Positions 29,630 to 39,782 of a stretch of 64,000 nt of DNA are shown here, piece after piece. Each line of letters opens with the position of its first letter. Position 1 is the first letter of the stretch. Both the position numbers and the translations under genes were made by a program. The DNA comes from Candidatus Ryanbacteria bacterium RIFCSPLOWO2_12_FULL_44_26 (GTDB taxonomy: Bacteria; Patescibacteriota; Minisyncoccia; Ryanbacterales; HO2-45-13), in assembly GCA_001821765.1 (NCBI GenBank), contig MHOA01000001.1:1580-65579 (forward strand). The letters run 5' to 3'. A model generated the notes under the pieces. That model saw only the letters and a program-made list of their open reading frames with translations. It ran no database searches and was not told where the DNA came from.

Positions 29630-30223
29630 ATGACGCCAGATAATATGAGATTTTCGGTAAAACATCGGTATATGCTGGTCATTGTTTTTTTTGTGGTCTT
29701 TTCTGTTCTTTTTTCACTATTTTTAAGGGAACAGTTTGAAATATTCAAAGATCGCGAATCCTTAATGTTGTTTGTACGACAGTTTGGCATTATCGCGCCG
29801 ATTGTCGTCGTTGCTATTGTTATCGTTGAGACGGTGATAGCGCCGCTTCCCGGAGGCATTATGCCGATTATTGCGGGAGCAGTGTTCGGACCGGTGCTCG
29901 GCACCCTGTATTCATGGATTGGTAATGTCTTTGGTTCTCTTATAGCGTTTTCCCTCTCACGAATTTTCGGAGAGAGCGTCATCCGTGTCTTTTCTCCCCA
30001 TTTTGACAAACAGCGATATAGCGAAACGATCCGTAGGTACAAAAATTTCTTTTGGTTTCTTTACGCGACTCCATTTGTTGCTGTTGATGTGTTAAGCTTC
30101 GCGCTCGGCGCTTCCACCATGAAGTTACAACGCTTTGCTCTTGCCATTATGTTTGCATTTTTCGTGCGCATGGCAATTCTTAATATGTTTGGCGATGCCA
30201 TCGCACGGCTTGTCTTTGAGTGA
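29630..30223 (+). CDS. TVP38/TMEM64 (VTT/DedA superfamily) membrane protein
   Basis: APLPGG...IAGAVFG...GTLYSWIG...GS.IAF.LSR.FG; DVLSFALG. Confidence 0.88.
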   Translation: MTPDNMRFSVKHRYMLVIVFFVVFSVLFSLFLREQFEIFKDRESLMLFVRQFGIIAPIVVVAIVIVETVIAPLPGGIMPIIAGAVFGPVLGTLYSWIGNVFGSLIAFSLSRIFGESVIRVFSPHFDKQRYSETIRRYKNFFWFLYATPFVAVDVLSFALGASTMKLQRFALAIMFAFFVRMAILNMFGDAIARLVFE

Positions 30224-30247
30224 TTTTTCTATAGACTGTATGATACT

Positions 30248-31030
30248 ATGTCGCATTTGCGTCATTTGATGCGTGTTGATGCAGATATTTATATGCGAAA
30301 AGGAAACCTTTTTGATCCATTGTCCAATAAGTCTTATCGGTTAAGCAGAACCAAGCTCGAACTGTTTATGAATTGCCCGCGCTGTTTTTATCTTGACAGG
30401 CGTTTCGGCATTAAACAGCCTGCCGGGTATCCATTCAATCTCAATGCCGCAGTTGATTTTTTGTTAAAGAAAGAATTTGACATTCATCGCGCCAAGGGCA
30501 AGGTGCATCCATTATTGAAAGAGAGGGGGATTGAAGCAATCCCTTTTTCCCATGATGAACTTGACGAATGGAGGGAAAATTTTAAAGGTGTACGGTATCT
30601 GCATACCCCGACGAATTTTCTTGTAACAGGAGCAGTGGATGATGTATGGTATGATGTAAACAAGGAACTCATCGTTGTTGATTATAAAGCCACGAGCAAG
30701 AATGCAAAAGTTACAATTGATGAACCGTGGCAGGATAGCTATAAGCGCCAGATGGAGGTATATCAGTGGCTTTTAAGAAGAAAGGGTTTTCGGGTGTCGG
30801 ATGTCGGCTATTTTGTATATTGCAATGCAAAGAGAAATAAAAGAACATTCGGAGGAAAATTGGAATTTGATATCGACATTATTCCGTATCAGGGACGTGA
30901 TAACTGGGTTGAGGGTATTCTTTATGAAATCCGGCAATGTCTTACAGGCGGTCTTCCGTCGTATAACGAGCTGTGTCCGCATTGTAATTATAGGAGGGCG
31001 TCTCAACAGGTTGAAGCTTATGAGGAATAG
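30248..31030 (+). CDS. PD-(D/E)XK nuclease family protein
   Basis: LSRTKLELFMNCPRCFYL, GAVDD, VVDYKAT, QMEVY, CPHCNY; true start may be the ATG at about 30293. Confidence 0.88.
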   Translation: MSHLRHLMRVDADIYMRKGNLFDPLSNKSYRLSRTKLELFMNCPRCFYLDRRFGIKQPAGYPFNLNAAVDFLLKKEFDIHRAKGKVHPLLKERGIEAIPFSHDELDEWRENFKGVRYLHTPTNFLVTGAVDDVWYDVNKELIVVDYKATSKNAKVTIDEPWQDSYKRQMEVYQWLLRRKGFRVSDVGYFVYCNAKRNKRTFGGKLEFDIDIIPYQGRDNWVEGILYEIRQCLTGGLPSYNELCPHCNYRRASQQVEAYEE

Positions 31031-31060
31031 ATTTTTTTATTATGGTAGAATGAAAAGCGT

Positions 31061-31279
31061 ATGTGGAGAAGTTTAACCATCGGAGTTCTCGGCGTTTTTG
31101 TGATTGCCGTTCCTTTTGTCTTTCTGCCCGGCACAACGCGGGTTGTAGTGTTCGTATTTGTAGGATCTATGATCACTTTTCTTGCTTTATGGAAACTTGC
31201 TTCTGAAGGGAGGGAAAGCATTGAAAAAGGAACACACAGTGACAAGACAGATGCCGATGATCCAGAGCTTTCTAAATGA
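31061..31279 (+). CDS. Small membrane protein (2 TM)
   Basis: Hydrophobic pair; TAGAAT -10 upstream; ATGA overlap with the next gene. Confidence 0.65.
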   Translation: MWRSLTIGVLGVFVIAVPFVFLPGTTRVVVFVFVGSMITFLALWKLASEGRESIEKGTHSDKTDADDPELSK

Positions 31280-32520
31280 GCAGAAATACTTTTTATGATT
31301 ACATCATTGTTGGAGGAGGTATTGCTGGTGTCAGTGCCGCTGAGGCCATTCGTGCGAATGACAAGTACGCGAGTATCTCAATACTTTCCGAAGAACCGGA
31401 GCTTTTGTATTCACGGGTCATGCTCCCGCTTTATGTGCGTGGAAAGATAAAGCGCGAGCAGCTTTTTTTAAGAGCTGCGAATGATTATGAGCGACATAAT
31501 ATAGCGCTTTGGCTTGATGAGCGTGTGGTTGAAATAAACAGAAAAAAAAGAGAAATTGCAACGGACAGAAAACGGGTTTTGAATTATAAAAAACTGCTCA
31601 TAGCAACCGGAGGTGTGCCGTCTCAGTGGAAAGAGTCCGGCGCCCAGACAGTAAAGATGCTTCAGTTTCAGAGCATCAATGATGCTGATGAATTACGAGC
31701 ATTGCTTGCTTTAGGCAGTAAAGGCGGCGCCGTTGTCGTTGGCAGTGGTTTTATCGGGTTTGAGTTTATAGAATTCTTTGTGTCAGCCGGGTTTCACACA
31801 GCAGTCGTTTCTCCAGATCCGTGGTATTTTCATCATTTCTTTGACAGCGAAGGCGCTGAAATTATCAAAGAAAGTTTCATACGGCATAATGTTGAGGTGT
31901 ATAACGATGCTCATATTGTGTCTATTGCAGAATCTCCGGAAGGGATACATGTGAAAACGAAAGAAAACTTGGATATTGTTGCTGACGCAATAGGTGCGGG
32001 GGTTGGACTTAAGAGGAAAGTGGAAATGTTTGAGAAGGCGGGACTTGTTGTATCACGAGGCGTGTACACCAACGAATATCTTAAAACGAATGACGATAAC
32101 ATTTATGCGGCCGGGGATATTGCTGAGTATTATGATGTTGTTTTTCGTAAGCGCATGCTTTTAGGGACTTGGAACAATGCTTTTTTGCAGGGAAAAACAG
32201 CCGGTGAAAATATGACAGGTAAAGAAATTGTGTTTCGCAATGTTCCAAACTACTCTATTAGGCATTTTGGACTTTATATCAGTATGGTTGGCGATTGTGC
32301 GAGGTCGGAAGCAGATTCCGTTATCAAGCTTCGATGGCCGTATACAGACCAATACAGAGAATTACACTTACGAGAGGGAATTTTAAACGGAGCGTTGTTG
32401 ATCAATCGTCCCCAGGATCGCAATATTTTGGAACAATTGATTAAAAAAAGAGTTGATGTGCGTTCTCATGTGAATGACCTGCAATCAGCACATTTTGATA
32501 TACATCAGCTAACGGCATGA
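31276..32520 (+). CDS. FAD/NAD(P)-dependent oxidoreductase (ferredoxin/rubredoxin reductase-like)
   Basis: GGGIAG, LLIATGG, GSGFIGFE, IYAAGDIA. Confidence 0.88.
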   Translation: MSRNTFYDYIIVGGGIAGVSAAEAIRANDKYASISILSEEPELLYSRVMLPLYVRGKIKREQLFLRAANDYERHNIALWLDERVVEINRKKREIATDRKRVLNYKKLLIATGGVPSQWKESGAQTVKMLQFQSINDADELRALLALGSKGGAVVVGSGFIGFEFIEFFVSAGFHTAVVSPDPWYFHHFFDSEGAEIIKESFIRHNVEVYNDAHIVSIAESPEGIHVKTKENLDIVADAIGAGVGLKRKVEMFEKAGLVVSRGVYTNEYLKTNDDNIYAAGDIAEYYDVVFRKRMLLGTWNNAFLQGKTAGENMTGKEIVFRNVPNYSIRHFGLYISMVGDCARSEADSVIKLRWPYTDQYRELHLREGILNGALLINRPQDRNILEQLIKKRVDVRSHVNDLQSAHFDIHQLTA

Positions 32521-33662
32521 TGCATTATCTTTTTTCCATACTGGTGGTGCTGTTTATCGGAGGTTTGTTTTATTATGTTTTTTTTCTTGATGGGGTTGTT
32601 ATATCTTATGACCGTTACGATCAGGCGGATACGGAGGCAGCGGCAGAAACTAATGAGGTTGCTTTGCCGAAGCATGTGGTTCCCCCAACCCCCGTAAGGG
32701 CGATTTATATGACGTCATGGGTTGGAGGAACGAAAGATTGGAGGGCGGAATTGGTCCAGTTTGTTGAGCGCACAGAACTCAACGCCATTGTTATTGATAT
32801 AAAGGATTACAGCGGCATGGTTTCGTTCATTACCGGCGATGAGGTTATTAAGCGGATCGGATCGGAGGAGGAACGCATATCTGATATGCAAGCATTTATT
32901 CATGAATTGCACAGCAAAAACATTTACGTCATCGCACGAATAACCGCGTTTCAGGATCCTCACTATTCAAAGCTGTTTCCGGATGACGCTATAAAAGATT
33001 CGCGCGGGGGTTTATGGAAAGATAAAAATGGTCTTACGTATGTGGATCCGCTTGCCAGAGATTTTTGGGATTATTTGGTGCGTGTTGCGCGTGCTGCCGA
33101 GGCGGTCGGATTTGACGAACTCAATTTCGATTATATTCGCTACCCGTCCGACGGGCCCATTCAATATGCTGTCTACCCTTATACAAAAAACGGCATTGCA
33201 AAGGCGGATGTCATAGAGGAATTTTTCCAGTATATAAACCATGAACTTGACAGCGTCCCGGTTCCGCTTTCGGCTGACCTTTTTGGCTTTACAACCTATT
33301 ACGAGAACGATTTAAACATCGGCCAGATCTTGGAACGCGCTGATCCGTATTTTGATTATCTCTCTCCCATGGTGTATCCCTCGCATTATCCGGACGGCTT
33401 TAATGGATATGCAAATCCGGCGAAGCACCCATATGATATCATTCGCCTCTCAATGACCAGAGGTATGGAGCGTCTTATGAACGCGAGTTCTACCCCGGAA
33501 AAACTTCGTCCATGGATTCAGGACTTTGATCTTGGCGCAACATATGATGAATATATGGTAAGAGAAGAAAAACGCGCGGTGTATGATGTCGGGTTGGATT
33601 CGTGGATGGCATGGGATCCCGCAAACCGGTATACCCGCTCGGCATATGATCCAGCGAATTAA
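32517..33662 (+). CDS. Putative glycoside hydrolase (DUF4015-like), membrane anchored
   Basis: LNAIVIDIKD, IARI..F.D, GFDELNFDYIRYP, SPMVYPSHY, RPWIQDF. Confidence 0.85.
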   Translation: MMHYLFSILVVLFIGGLFYYVFFLDGVVISYDRYDQADTEAAAETNEVALPKHVVPPTPVRAIYMTSWVGGTKDWRAELVQFVERTELNAIVIDIKDYSGMVSFITGDEVIKRIGSEEERISDMQAFIHELHSKNIYVIARITAFQDPHYSKLFPDDAIKDSRGGLWKDKNGLTYVDPLARDFWDYLVRVARAAEAVGFDELNFDYIRYPSDGPIQYAVYPYTKNGIAKADVIEEFFQYINHELDSVPVPLSADLFGFTTYYENDLNIGQILERADPYFDYLSPMVYPSHYPDGFNGYANPAKHPYDIIRLSMTRGMERLMNASSTPEKLRPWIQDFDLGATYDEYMVREEKRAVYDVGLDSWMAWDPANRYTRSAYDPAN

Positions 33663-33710
33663 CTTCATCCACTGGACAGTAAATGTGCTTCATTGATACC
33701 ATGTTTTTAT

Positions 33711-34673
33711 ATGGTATTTGATCTTATTATTCTTGGAGGTGGTCCTGCCGGCGTTGCGGCGGGCGTGTATGCTGCCAGAAAAAGACTTACGACGCTGTTA
33801 ATTACCGAATCCATCGGCGGACAGTCAGAAGTTTCTGCTAATGTGCAAAACTGGATTGGCATGGCGAGCGTGTCCGGTTTTGAGCTCGCACAGATGTTTG
33901 AAAAGCACCTCCGTGCTCAGGAATCAATAGATATTCAAATGCCCGAGAAAGCAAAAAAGGTGTTAAAAAGCGGCAATGAATTTATTGTTGAGACAGAGTC
34001 TGGCGCCACATATAAAAGCAGGGGTTTGATTATTGCAACGGGAGCACGCCGCAGAAAACTCAATATACCCGGTGAGGAAGAGTTTAACGGCAAAGGGATT
34101 GCGTATTGTTCAACGTGTGATGCGCCGATATTTAAAGGGAAAGATGTTGTTGTTGTCGGTGGTGGAAATGCCGGGCTTGAGGCAGTCGTTGATCTGCTTC
34201 CGTATGCGACAAAAATTTACGTGCTTGAGTTTTCTGATGCCTTGCGAGGGGATACTGTAACGCTGGAGCGCATCAAGCAGGATGAAAAGGTGGAAATTAT
34301 TACCAGTGCCCAAGCGCTTCGCATTGAAGGGAACAAGTTTTTAGAGAAAATTGTGTATAAAGACAGAGTAACGGAAAAAGAAAAACAACTGGACGTTGGC
34401 GGCGTGTTTGTAGAAATTGGCTCCGTTCCGAATTCAGAGCTTGTAAAGGATTTGGTTAGTATAAATAAACATGGCGAAATCATTATTGATCATAAAACTG
34501 CCGCTACAAGCGCTGAAGGAATCTGGGCGGCTGGCGATGTCACTGATGAAATATTTAAACAGAACAATATTTCCGCCGGCGACGCAGTGAAGGCGGCGCT
34601 CTCGGCGTATAGTTACTTGTCGGAGCTTAAACGAGAAAGCCCGGCTTCTGTTCAGGTTGGGGCGGCTGAATAG
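33711..34673 (+). CDS. trxB: Thioredoxin reductase (AhpF C-terminal-like)
   Basis: GGGPAG, YCSTCD, GGGNAG, AAGDVTD. Confidence 0.88.
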   Translation: MVFDLIILGGGPAGVAAGVYAARKRLTTLLITESIGGQSEVSANVQNWIGMASVSGFELAQMFEKHLRAQESIDIQMPEKAKKVLKSGNEFIVETESGATYKSRGLIIATGARRRKLNIPGEEEFNGKGIAYCSTCDAPIFKGKDVVVVGGGNAGLEAVVDLLPYATKIYVLEFSDALRGDTVTLERIKQDEKVEIITSAQALRIEGNKFLEKIVYKDRVTEKEKQLDVGGVFVEIGSVPNSELVKDLVSINKHGEIIIDHKTAATSAEGIWAAGDVTDEIFKQNNISAGDAVKAALSAYSYLSELKRESPASVQVGAAE

Positions 34674-34784
34674 AAATGCTGATCATCCGGTACCAATATC
34701 CGAATGGATGCTAAAATGATGCTAACAAAAAAGAAACTATATGCGCATCATTAGTATGAATGAGCATATGAGCATTAATATATT

Positions 34785-35786
34785 ATGAAAATAGCGATAA
34801 ATGGTTTTGGCAGGATAGGACGGACGTTTTTTCGTCAGGCATTTGGGCAAAAGAATATTGATATTGTTGCTATCAATGATCTTGGCAGTGCCGGGAATCT
34901 TGCATATCTTTTACAATATGATTCTGTCTATGGGAGATATAGCAAACCCGTTCAGCTGGCCGGTGAGGATTTAACGGTAGACGGAAAGAAAATTTATTTT
35001 CTACAAATAAAAGATCCCTTAGAGCTTCCATGGAAAAAGCTGGACATTGATATAGTGATAGAATCAACAGGCGTCTTCGCCACTTCGGAAAAATCAAAAG
35101 CACACATCAATGCCGGTGCGAGGCGCGTCGTGATCACCGCTCCCGCAGAAGATGACGAAACCATCACTGTTACTCCGCATGTTGGAGAAAAAAAAATAAA
35201 GGACGTGCGTATAACGTCTAATGCTTCCTGCACCACTAATGCTACAACTCCTGTGGTGACTATTTTAATGCAGAACCCCGGCATTGAGAAAGCGATTCTC
35301 AGCACTGTGCACGGATATACCGCTACCCAAGCAATTGTGGATGGTCCCGATAAAAAGGATTGGACCCGCGGCCGCGCAGCTGCTGTCAACATTGTGCCTT
35401 CCACTACCGGCGCTGCTATTGCTACTGAAAAGGCAGTGCCGGATATAAAAGGTAAGTTTGACGGCATTGCAATAAGAGTGCCTGTTATCACCGGCTCGGT
35501 TATAGATTTTACTTTTATTGCGAGCAGAAACACCTCTCGGGATGAAATTAATGATATTTTCAGGCAAGCCGCACAAGATGACTTCTGGAAAGGAATCTTT
35601 TCAGTTTCAGAACAGCCTCTTGTTTCAACAGACATCATAGGCAATGCGCACGGCTCCATCGCGGATCTGCACTTTACGAAAGTTGTTGATGGGAATCTCG
35701 TGAAAGTGCTTGCGTGGTATGACAACGAGTGGGGATATTGTTCCATGCTTGTAAAACACGTTTTGTCGCTTAAACCTTTCCTATAA
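34785..35786 (+). CDS. gap: Glyceraldehyde-3-phosphate dehydrogenase
   Basis: AINGFGRIGR, SNASCTTN, WYDNEWGY. Confidence 0.97.
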   Translation: MKIAINGFGRIGRTFFRQAFGQKNIDIVAINDLGSAGNLAYLLQYDSVYGRYSKPVQLAGEDLTVDGKKIYFLQIKDPLELPWKKLDIDIVIESTGVFATSEKSKAHINAGARRVVITAPAEDDETITVTPHVGEKKIKDVRITSNASCTTNATTPVVTILMQNPGIEKAILSTVHGYTATQAIVDGPDKKDWTRGRAAAVNIVPSTTGAAIATEKAVPDIKGKFDGIAIRVPVITGSVIDFTFIASRNTSRDEINDIFRQAAQDDFWKGIFSVSEQPLVSTDIIGNAHGSIADLHFTKVVDGNLVKVLAWYDNEWGYCSMLVKHVLSLKPFL

Positions 35787-36005
35787 ACAACCTTCTTGAA
35801 ACAAAATCTGCACAAAAAACAACGATCGTAGGAAAATGTGTACTTTTAGAAAAGTATGTACTTTTTAGTTTCTACAGGGAGCATGACGGCTACCAGCAAG
35901 ATGTATATATAGTATGATGTAATGATTTATGCTTCAAACATGCCGTTTCATGTCCGCGTGCTTTTTTTTTGTCTTTCTAGTTAGTGATATAATGAAACGT
36001 GATTT

Positions 36006-36473
36006 ATGAGAGTATTTTTGGGAGCTGACCATGCTGGGTATGAGTTGAAAGAAACGCTAAAGTCATATCTTCGTGATGTAGGATACATTATTGAAGACTG
36101 CGGTGCGTTTAGGCTGAATGCAGATGATGATTATCCGGATTTTATAGGGGAAGCGATAAAAAAATTGAAAAAAAGTTTAGAGAAAGACGCAGATGCTGTT
36201 GCAATTGTAATGGGCGGATCAGGGCAAGGTGAGGCTATGGTAGCTAATAGATTTCATGGAATAAGGGCTGCGGTGTATTACGGGGGCAATGCGGATATCA
36301 TTAAACTCTCAAAAGAACATAACGATGCAAATGTCCTTTCATTAGGCGCCCGATTCATATCAGCACAGGAAGCAAAAGAGGCAGTTTCATTATGGTTGAA
36401 AACGGTTTTTTCCGGAGAAGAGCGGCACAAACGAAGGCTAAAGAAAATCCATGCCTTATACAAAGGCATTTAA
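36006..36473 (+). CDS. rpiB: Ribose-5-phosphate isomerase B
   Basis: LGADHAGYELK, DYPD, GGSGQG, HNDANVLSLGAR, RH.RR. Confidence 0.93.
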   Translation: MRVFLGADHAGYELKETLKSYLRDVGYIIEDCGAFRLNADDDYPDFIGEAIKKLKKSLEKDADAVAIVMGGSGQGEAMVANRFHGIRAAVYYGGNADIIKLSKEHNDANVLSLGARFISAQEAKEAVSLWLKTVFSGEERHKRRLKKIHALYKGI

Positions 36474-36480
36474 AAGATAT

Positions 36481-37146
36481 ATGGGATCTGTTGAGATTAT
36501 ACCGGCGATCAACGTTAATACATTTGAGGAGCTTGTAAAAAGAATAAAAATTATAGAAGCATATCTCATGCCGCTCGCAGACGGGCCGCAATGGGTGCAC
36601 ATTGATGTTGCAGACGGGTCTTTTACTGAAAATACCATTTGGCATAATTTTATTGATTTGAAAAATTTTCAAACAACTCTCAACGTGGAAATGCACTTAA
36701 TGATAAACAATATAGACTCAGATATTTTTAATTGGTTGTTTCCAGTTATAAAAAGAAATATATTTCATTTAGAGGCCGCCGAAAATGCATTAAATGTAAT
36801 TGATATTTGCCATGAAGCTGGCATTAAGGCCGGCGTTGCAATTAACCCGGAAACGCCGTGGGAGAGTCTTGAATCTATCTTCGGCGAAGCAGATCTTATT
36901 CAAACGCTTGCGGTGCACCCCGGCGTTGCCGGACAGGAATTTGATGAATATATATTTACGAAAATCAGCGATATACGCCGCTCGTGCCCCGGATGTATGT
37001 TGGAGGTTGATGGCGGGGTGAAAGTCGGCATTGCGCGCAAATGTGTCGGGATGGGCGCGAATATTATTGTTGCCGCATCAGCGATTTTTAATAACCCCGA
37101 TGTAACAGAAGCGTATCGCGCATTGAAAGACGATGCACGGCTGTAA
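36481..37146 (+). CDS. rpe: Ribulose-phosphate 3-epimerase
   Basis: HIDVADG.F, EMHLM, AINPETP, V.PG.AGQ.F, EVDGGV. Confidence 0.92.
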   Translation: MGSVEIIPAINVNTFEELVKRIKIIEAYLMPLADGPQWVHIDVADGSFTENTIWHNFIDLKNFQTTLNVEMHLMINNIDSDIFNWLFPVIKRNIFHLEAAENALNVIDICHEAGIKAGVAINPETPWESLESIFGEADLIQTLAVHPGVAGQEFDEYIFTKISDIRRSCPGCMLEVDGGVKVGIARKCVGMGANIIVAASAIFNNPDVTEAYRALKDDARL

Positions 37147-37277
37147 TGTCATGCCGGTTTATGTTGTTGAATCGCTTGAAGTATTATAATGATATTATTA
37201 CGGCAGATAGAAAATATATGTAAAGTGGAAAGTGTATGGTCCGTAGACGATACTATAAGGTTATAGTTCCTTAATTC

Positions 37278-38138
37278 ATGAACCATCTTCACGACAAAAA
37301 GATAAAATTTCTTGAAGAAAAGGCAAACGCGATTCGTCAATCTATCATTGAGGAGTTGGTAGAAGCGGGTTCGGGGCATACTGCGGGGCCTCTCGGCATG
37401 GCCGATGTTTTCACTGCTTTTTATTTCCACATCTTAAATCATAATCCTAAAAAACCTTTCTGGGAGGATCGTGATCGTCTTATTTTATCAAACGGGCATA
37501 TTTGTCCTGTGCAATACGCAACCCTTGCTCATGCAGGATACTTTCCGCTTAAAGAACTGAAGACGTTAAGAAAATTCGGCACACGACTTCAGGGTCATCC
37601 CCACAAAGACACATTGCCGGGCGTGGAGACGACATCCGGTCCTTTGGGTTCTGGTCTCGGTCAGGCAGCCGGCATGGCGTATGGTGCGCGTATGGATAAT
37701 AAATCGTTCCGTGTGTATTGTTTGATGTCAGACGGAGAACACGACGCGGGAAATCTGTGGGAGGGTGTTATGTTTACCGGAAAGAATAAGCTGCATAATC
37801 TAACGGGACTCATTGACAGAAACAATATTCAGATTGACGGTATGACTGAAAATATTATGCCGCTTGAACCTCTTAGGGAAAAATATGAGGCGTTTAACTG
37901 GCACGTTATTGACATCAATGGTCATGATTTTGAGGCAATTGTTGGCGCTGTTGAGGAAGCGAAGGCAATTTATGAAAAGCCGACTGTAATTATTGCGCAC
38001 ACCATCCCCGGCAAAGGCATAAAGGAAATTGAATTTGATTATACGTGGCATGGAAAACCTCCGAAGTCCGACGAGGCAAGAAAATTTTTACATGAGCTGA
38101 GAACGCTTGGAGGAAAAATTAAAAGTGAACATGAGTAA
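37278..38138 (+). CDS. Transketolase, N-terminal subunit
   Basis: AGSGH, DRLILSNGH, LQGHP, GPLGSGL, SDGE TPP motif, H.KPP. Confidence 0.95.
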   Translation: MNHLHDKKIKFLEEKANAIRQSIIEELVEAGSGHTAGPLGMADVFTAFYFHILNHNPKKPFWEDRDRLILSNGHICPVQYATLAHAGYFPLKELKTLRKFGTRLQGHPHKDTLPGVETTSGPLGSGLGQAAGMAYGARMDNKSFRVYCLMSDGEHDAGNLWEGVMFTGKNKLHNLTGLIDRNNIQIDGMTENIMPLEPLREKYEAFNWHVIDINGHDFEAIVGAVEEAKAIYEKPTVIIAHTIPGKGIKEIEFDYTWHGKPPKSDEARKFLHELRTLGGKIKSEHE

Positions 38139-38295
38139 TTCAATAAACAAAAGCAGGCTTCATATGCTCATATTTTGCATTGTTGCTCTTGGGATGACGT
38201 TATTGGTGCTTCAGCAGTGGTATGTGACGGTCAGTGCAATAGATGCGCTTTATGCGAACAGTTACTATTACGATATAAAGCTAAGGGATTTATGA
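38131..38295 (+). CDS. Small single-TM protein between the transketolase halves (54 aa)
   Basis: Start overlaps the tkt-N stop and stop overlaps the tkt-C ATG (ATGA); TM LIFCIVALGMTLLVL. Confidence 0.55.
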   Translation: MSNSINKSRLHMLIFCIVALGMTLLVLQQWYVTVSAIDALYANSYYYDIKLRDL

Positions 38296-39305
38296 TTCGT
38301 TCCGGGGCAAAACTCGTTGAAAATATATTTGATGCCGAATCTATTGAGCAAATCCCAACCCGTAATGGCTATGGGGAGGGTCTTGTAGAGGTTGGTGAAA
38401 AGGATTCAAGGGTGGTTGCGTTGTGCGCTGATCTTACCGAATCAACGAGAACACAAGAGTTTGCTGATAAATTCCCAGAGAGATTTATTCAGATTGGGGT
38501 CGCTGAACAGAATCTTGCCACTGTTGCTTCTGGGCTTGCGAGTTACGGGAAAATTCCTTTTATTGCAAGTTATGCTATGTTCAGCCCCGGAAGAAACTGG
38601 GAACAGATCAGAACGACGGTTTGCTATAATAATGTTCCTGTTAAAATTATCGGCGCTCATGCAGGGGTGTCGGTTGGACCTGACGGCGCAACGCATCAGG
38701 CAATTGAAGACATGGCTATTATGCGGCCAATTGCCAATATGACTGTTATAGCTCCTTGTGATGTCCACGAGGCGAGAAAGGCGGTTATTGCTTCTGTTGC
38801 TGTTAATGGCCCGGTGTACATGCGGTTTGCACGCGAAAAGACACCGGTTTTTACCACCGCTGCATCACCTTTTAAAATAGGGAAAGCAGAGGTGTTTTTT
38901 GACTCTTCAAGTAGTTCAGGACGAAGCGCCCGACTTGATGTCGCTATTGTTGCATGCGGTCCGTTGGTTTATAACTCATTATTGGCAGCTGGTAGACTTC
39001 TTAAGGACGGCATACGGGTGCGTGTTGTGAATAATCATACCGTCAAGCCGATGGACGAAAAAACCATTATAAAGGCCGCGAGGGATGCTGGCGCAGTAGT
39101 AACAGTGGAAGAACATCAGGTGATGGGTGGCATGGGATCTGCGGTTGCGGAAGTTCTTGCAAAAAATTATCCTGTTCCTATGGAGTTTATAGGGGTTCAA
39201 AACCGCTTTGGAGAATCCGGTTCACCGGATGACTTGATTGAAGCATTCGGCATGGGAGTGAAGGCAATTACTGGCGCCGTAAAAAAGGTGTTGAAGCGAA
39301 AGTAA
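38292..39305 (+). CDS. Transketolase, C-terminal subunit
   Basis: ADLTES, GVAEQN, GPDGATHQAIED, VTVEEH...GG.GSAVAE. Confidence 0.95.
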   Translation: MIRSGAKLVENIFDAESIEQIPTRNGYGEGLVEVGEKDSRVVALCADLTESTRTQEFADKFPERFIQIGVAEQNLATVASGLASYGKIPFIASYAMFSPGRNWEQIRTTVCYNNVPVKIIGAHAGVSVGPDGATHQAIEDMAIMRPIANMTVIAPCDVHEARKAVIASVAVNGPVYMRFAREKTPVFTTAASPFKIGKAEVFFDSSSSSGRSARLDVAIVACGPLVYNSLLAAGRLLKDGIRVRVVNNHTVKPMDEKTIIKAARDAGAVVTVEEHQVMGGMGSAVAEVLAKNYPVPMEFIGVQNRFGESGSPDDLIEAFGMGVKAITGAVKKVLKRK

Positions 39306-39417
39306 TGCGGTGCAGCCCATTTTTGTATGAGTGATCTATCGCCATGACTATAAAAGATGACATATGTGGGATGAAAAATAAAAAGGTCTCCATTATTGTT
39401 TCATTGTTCTATTGAAT

Positions 39418-39609
39418 ATGAAAGAAAACATAAAAAAATTTGGAATAGTACTCTGGTTGGCAGCTTTCTTTACCTATGTAGGCGGCTTTGCGGCGCTTTC
39501 CTATGGCAGAGATTTTCTGGGAATCGGCTGGCAGGTTTGGTTCTGGAATTCTTTACTGCTCGGCGTGCTGGCCATTGGCGTGAAGCTTGGAGTTTTAATA
39601 GAAGAGTAG
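39418..39609 (+). CDS. Small membrane protein
   Basis: Two hydrophobic helices, WFWNSLLLGVLAIG.K. Confidence 0.65.
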   Translation: MKENIKKFGIVLWLAAFFTYVGGFAALSYGRDFLGIGWQVWFWNSLLLGVLAIGVKLGVLIEE

Positions 39610-39782
39610 CGGCGGATATCTGAAGCAATATTCCATAAAGCCTTTCGACAACACAGGCGGCCCCAGCCAGCAGATTAGTTGTGTTGGTTATGGTCGCCCT
39701 AAATGAGGAGTTTGTTTGTTTTATATCCTTTCAATACCTTCGCTATCCAGCGGTATAGAAAAAGTTTTTTGGTTGTTTAGTT

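Noticed and set aside
34994-35815. Long antisense ORFs (also 54756-55652, 62780-63595, 49919-50563, 13911-14564)
   Set aside because: Shadow frames opposite well-supported genes.
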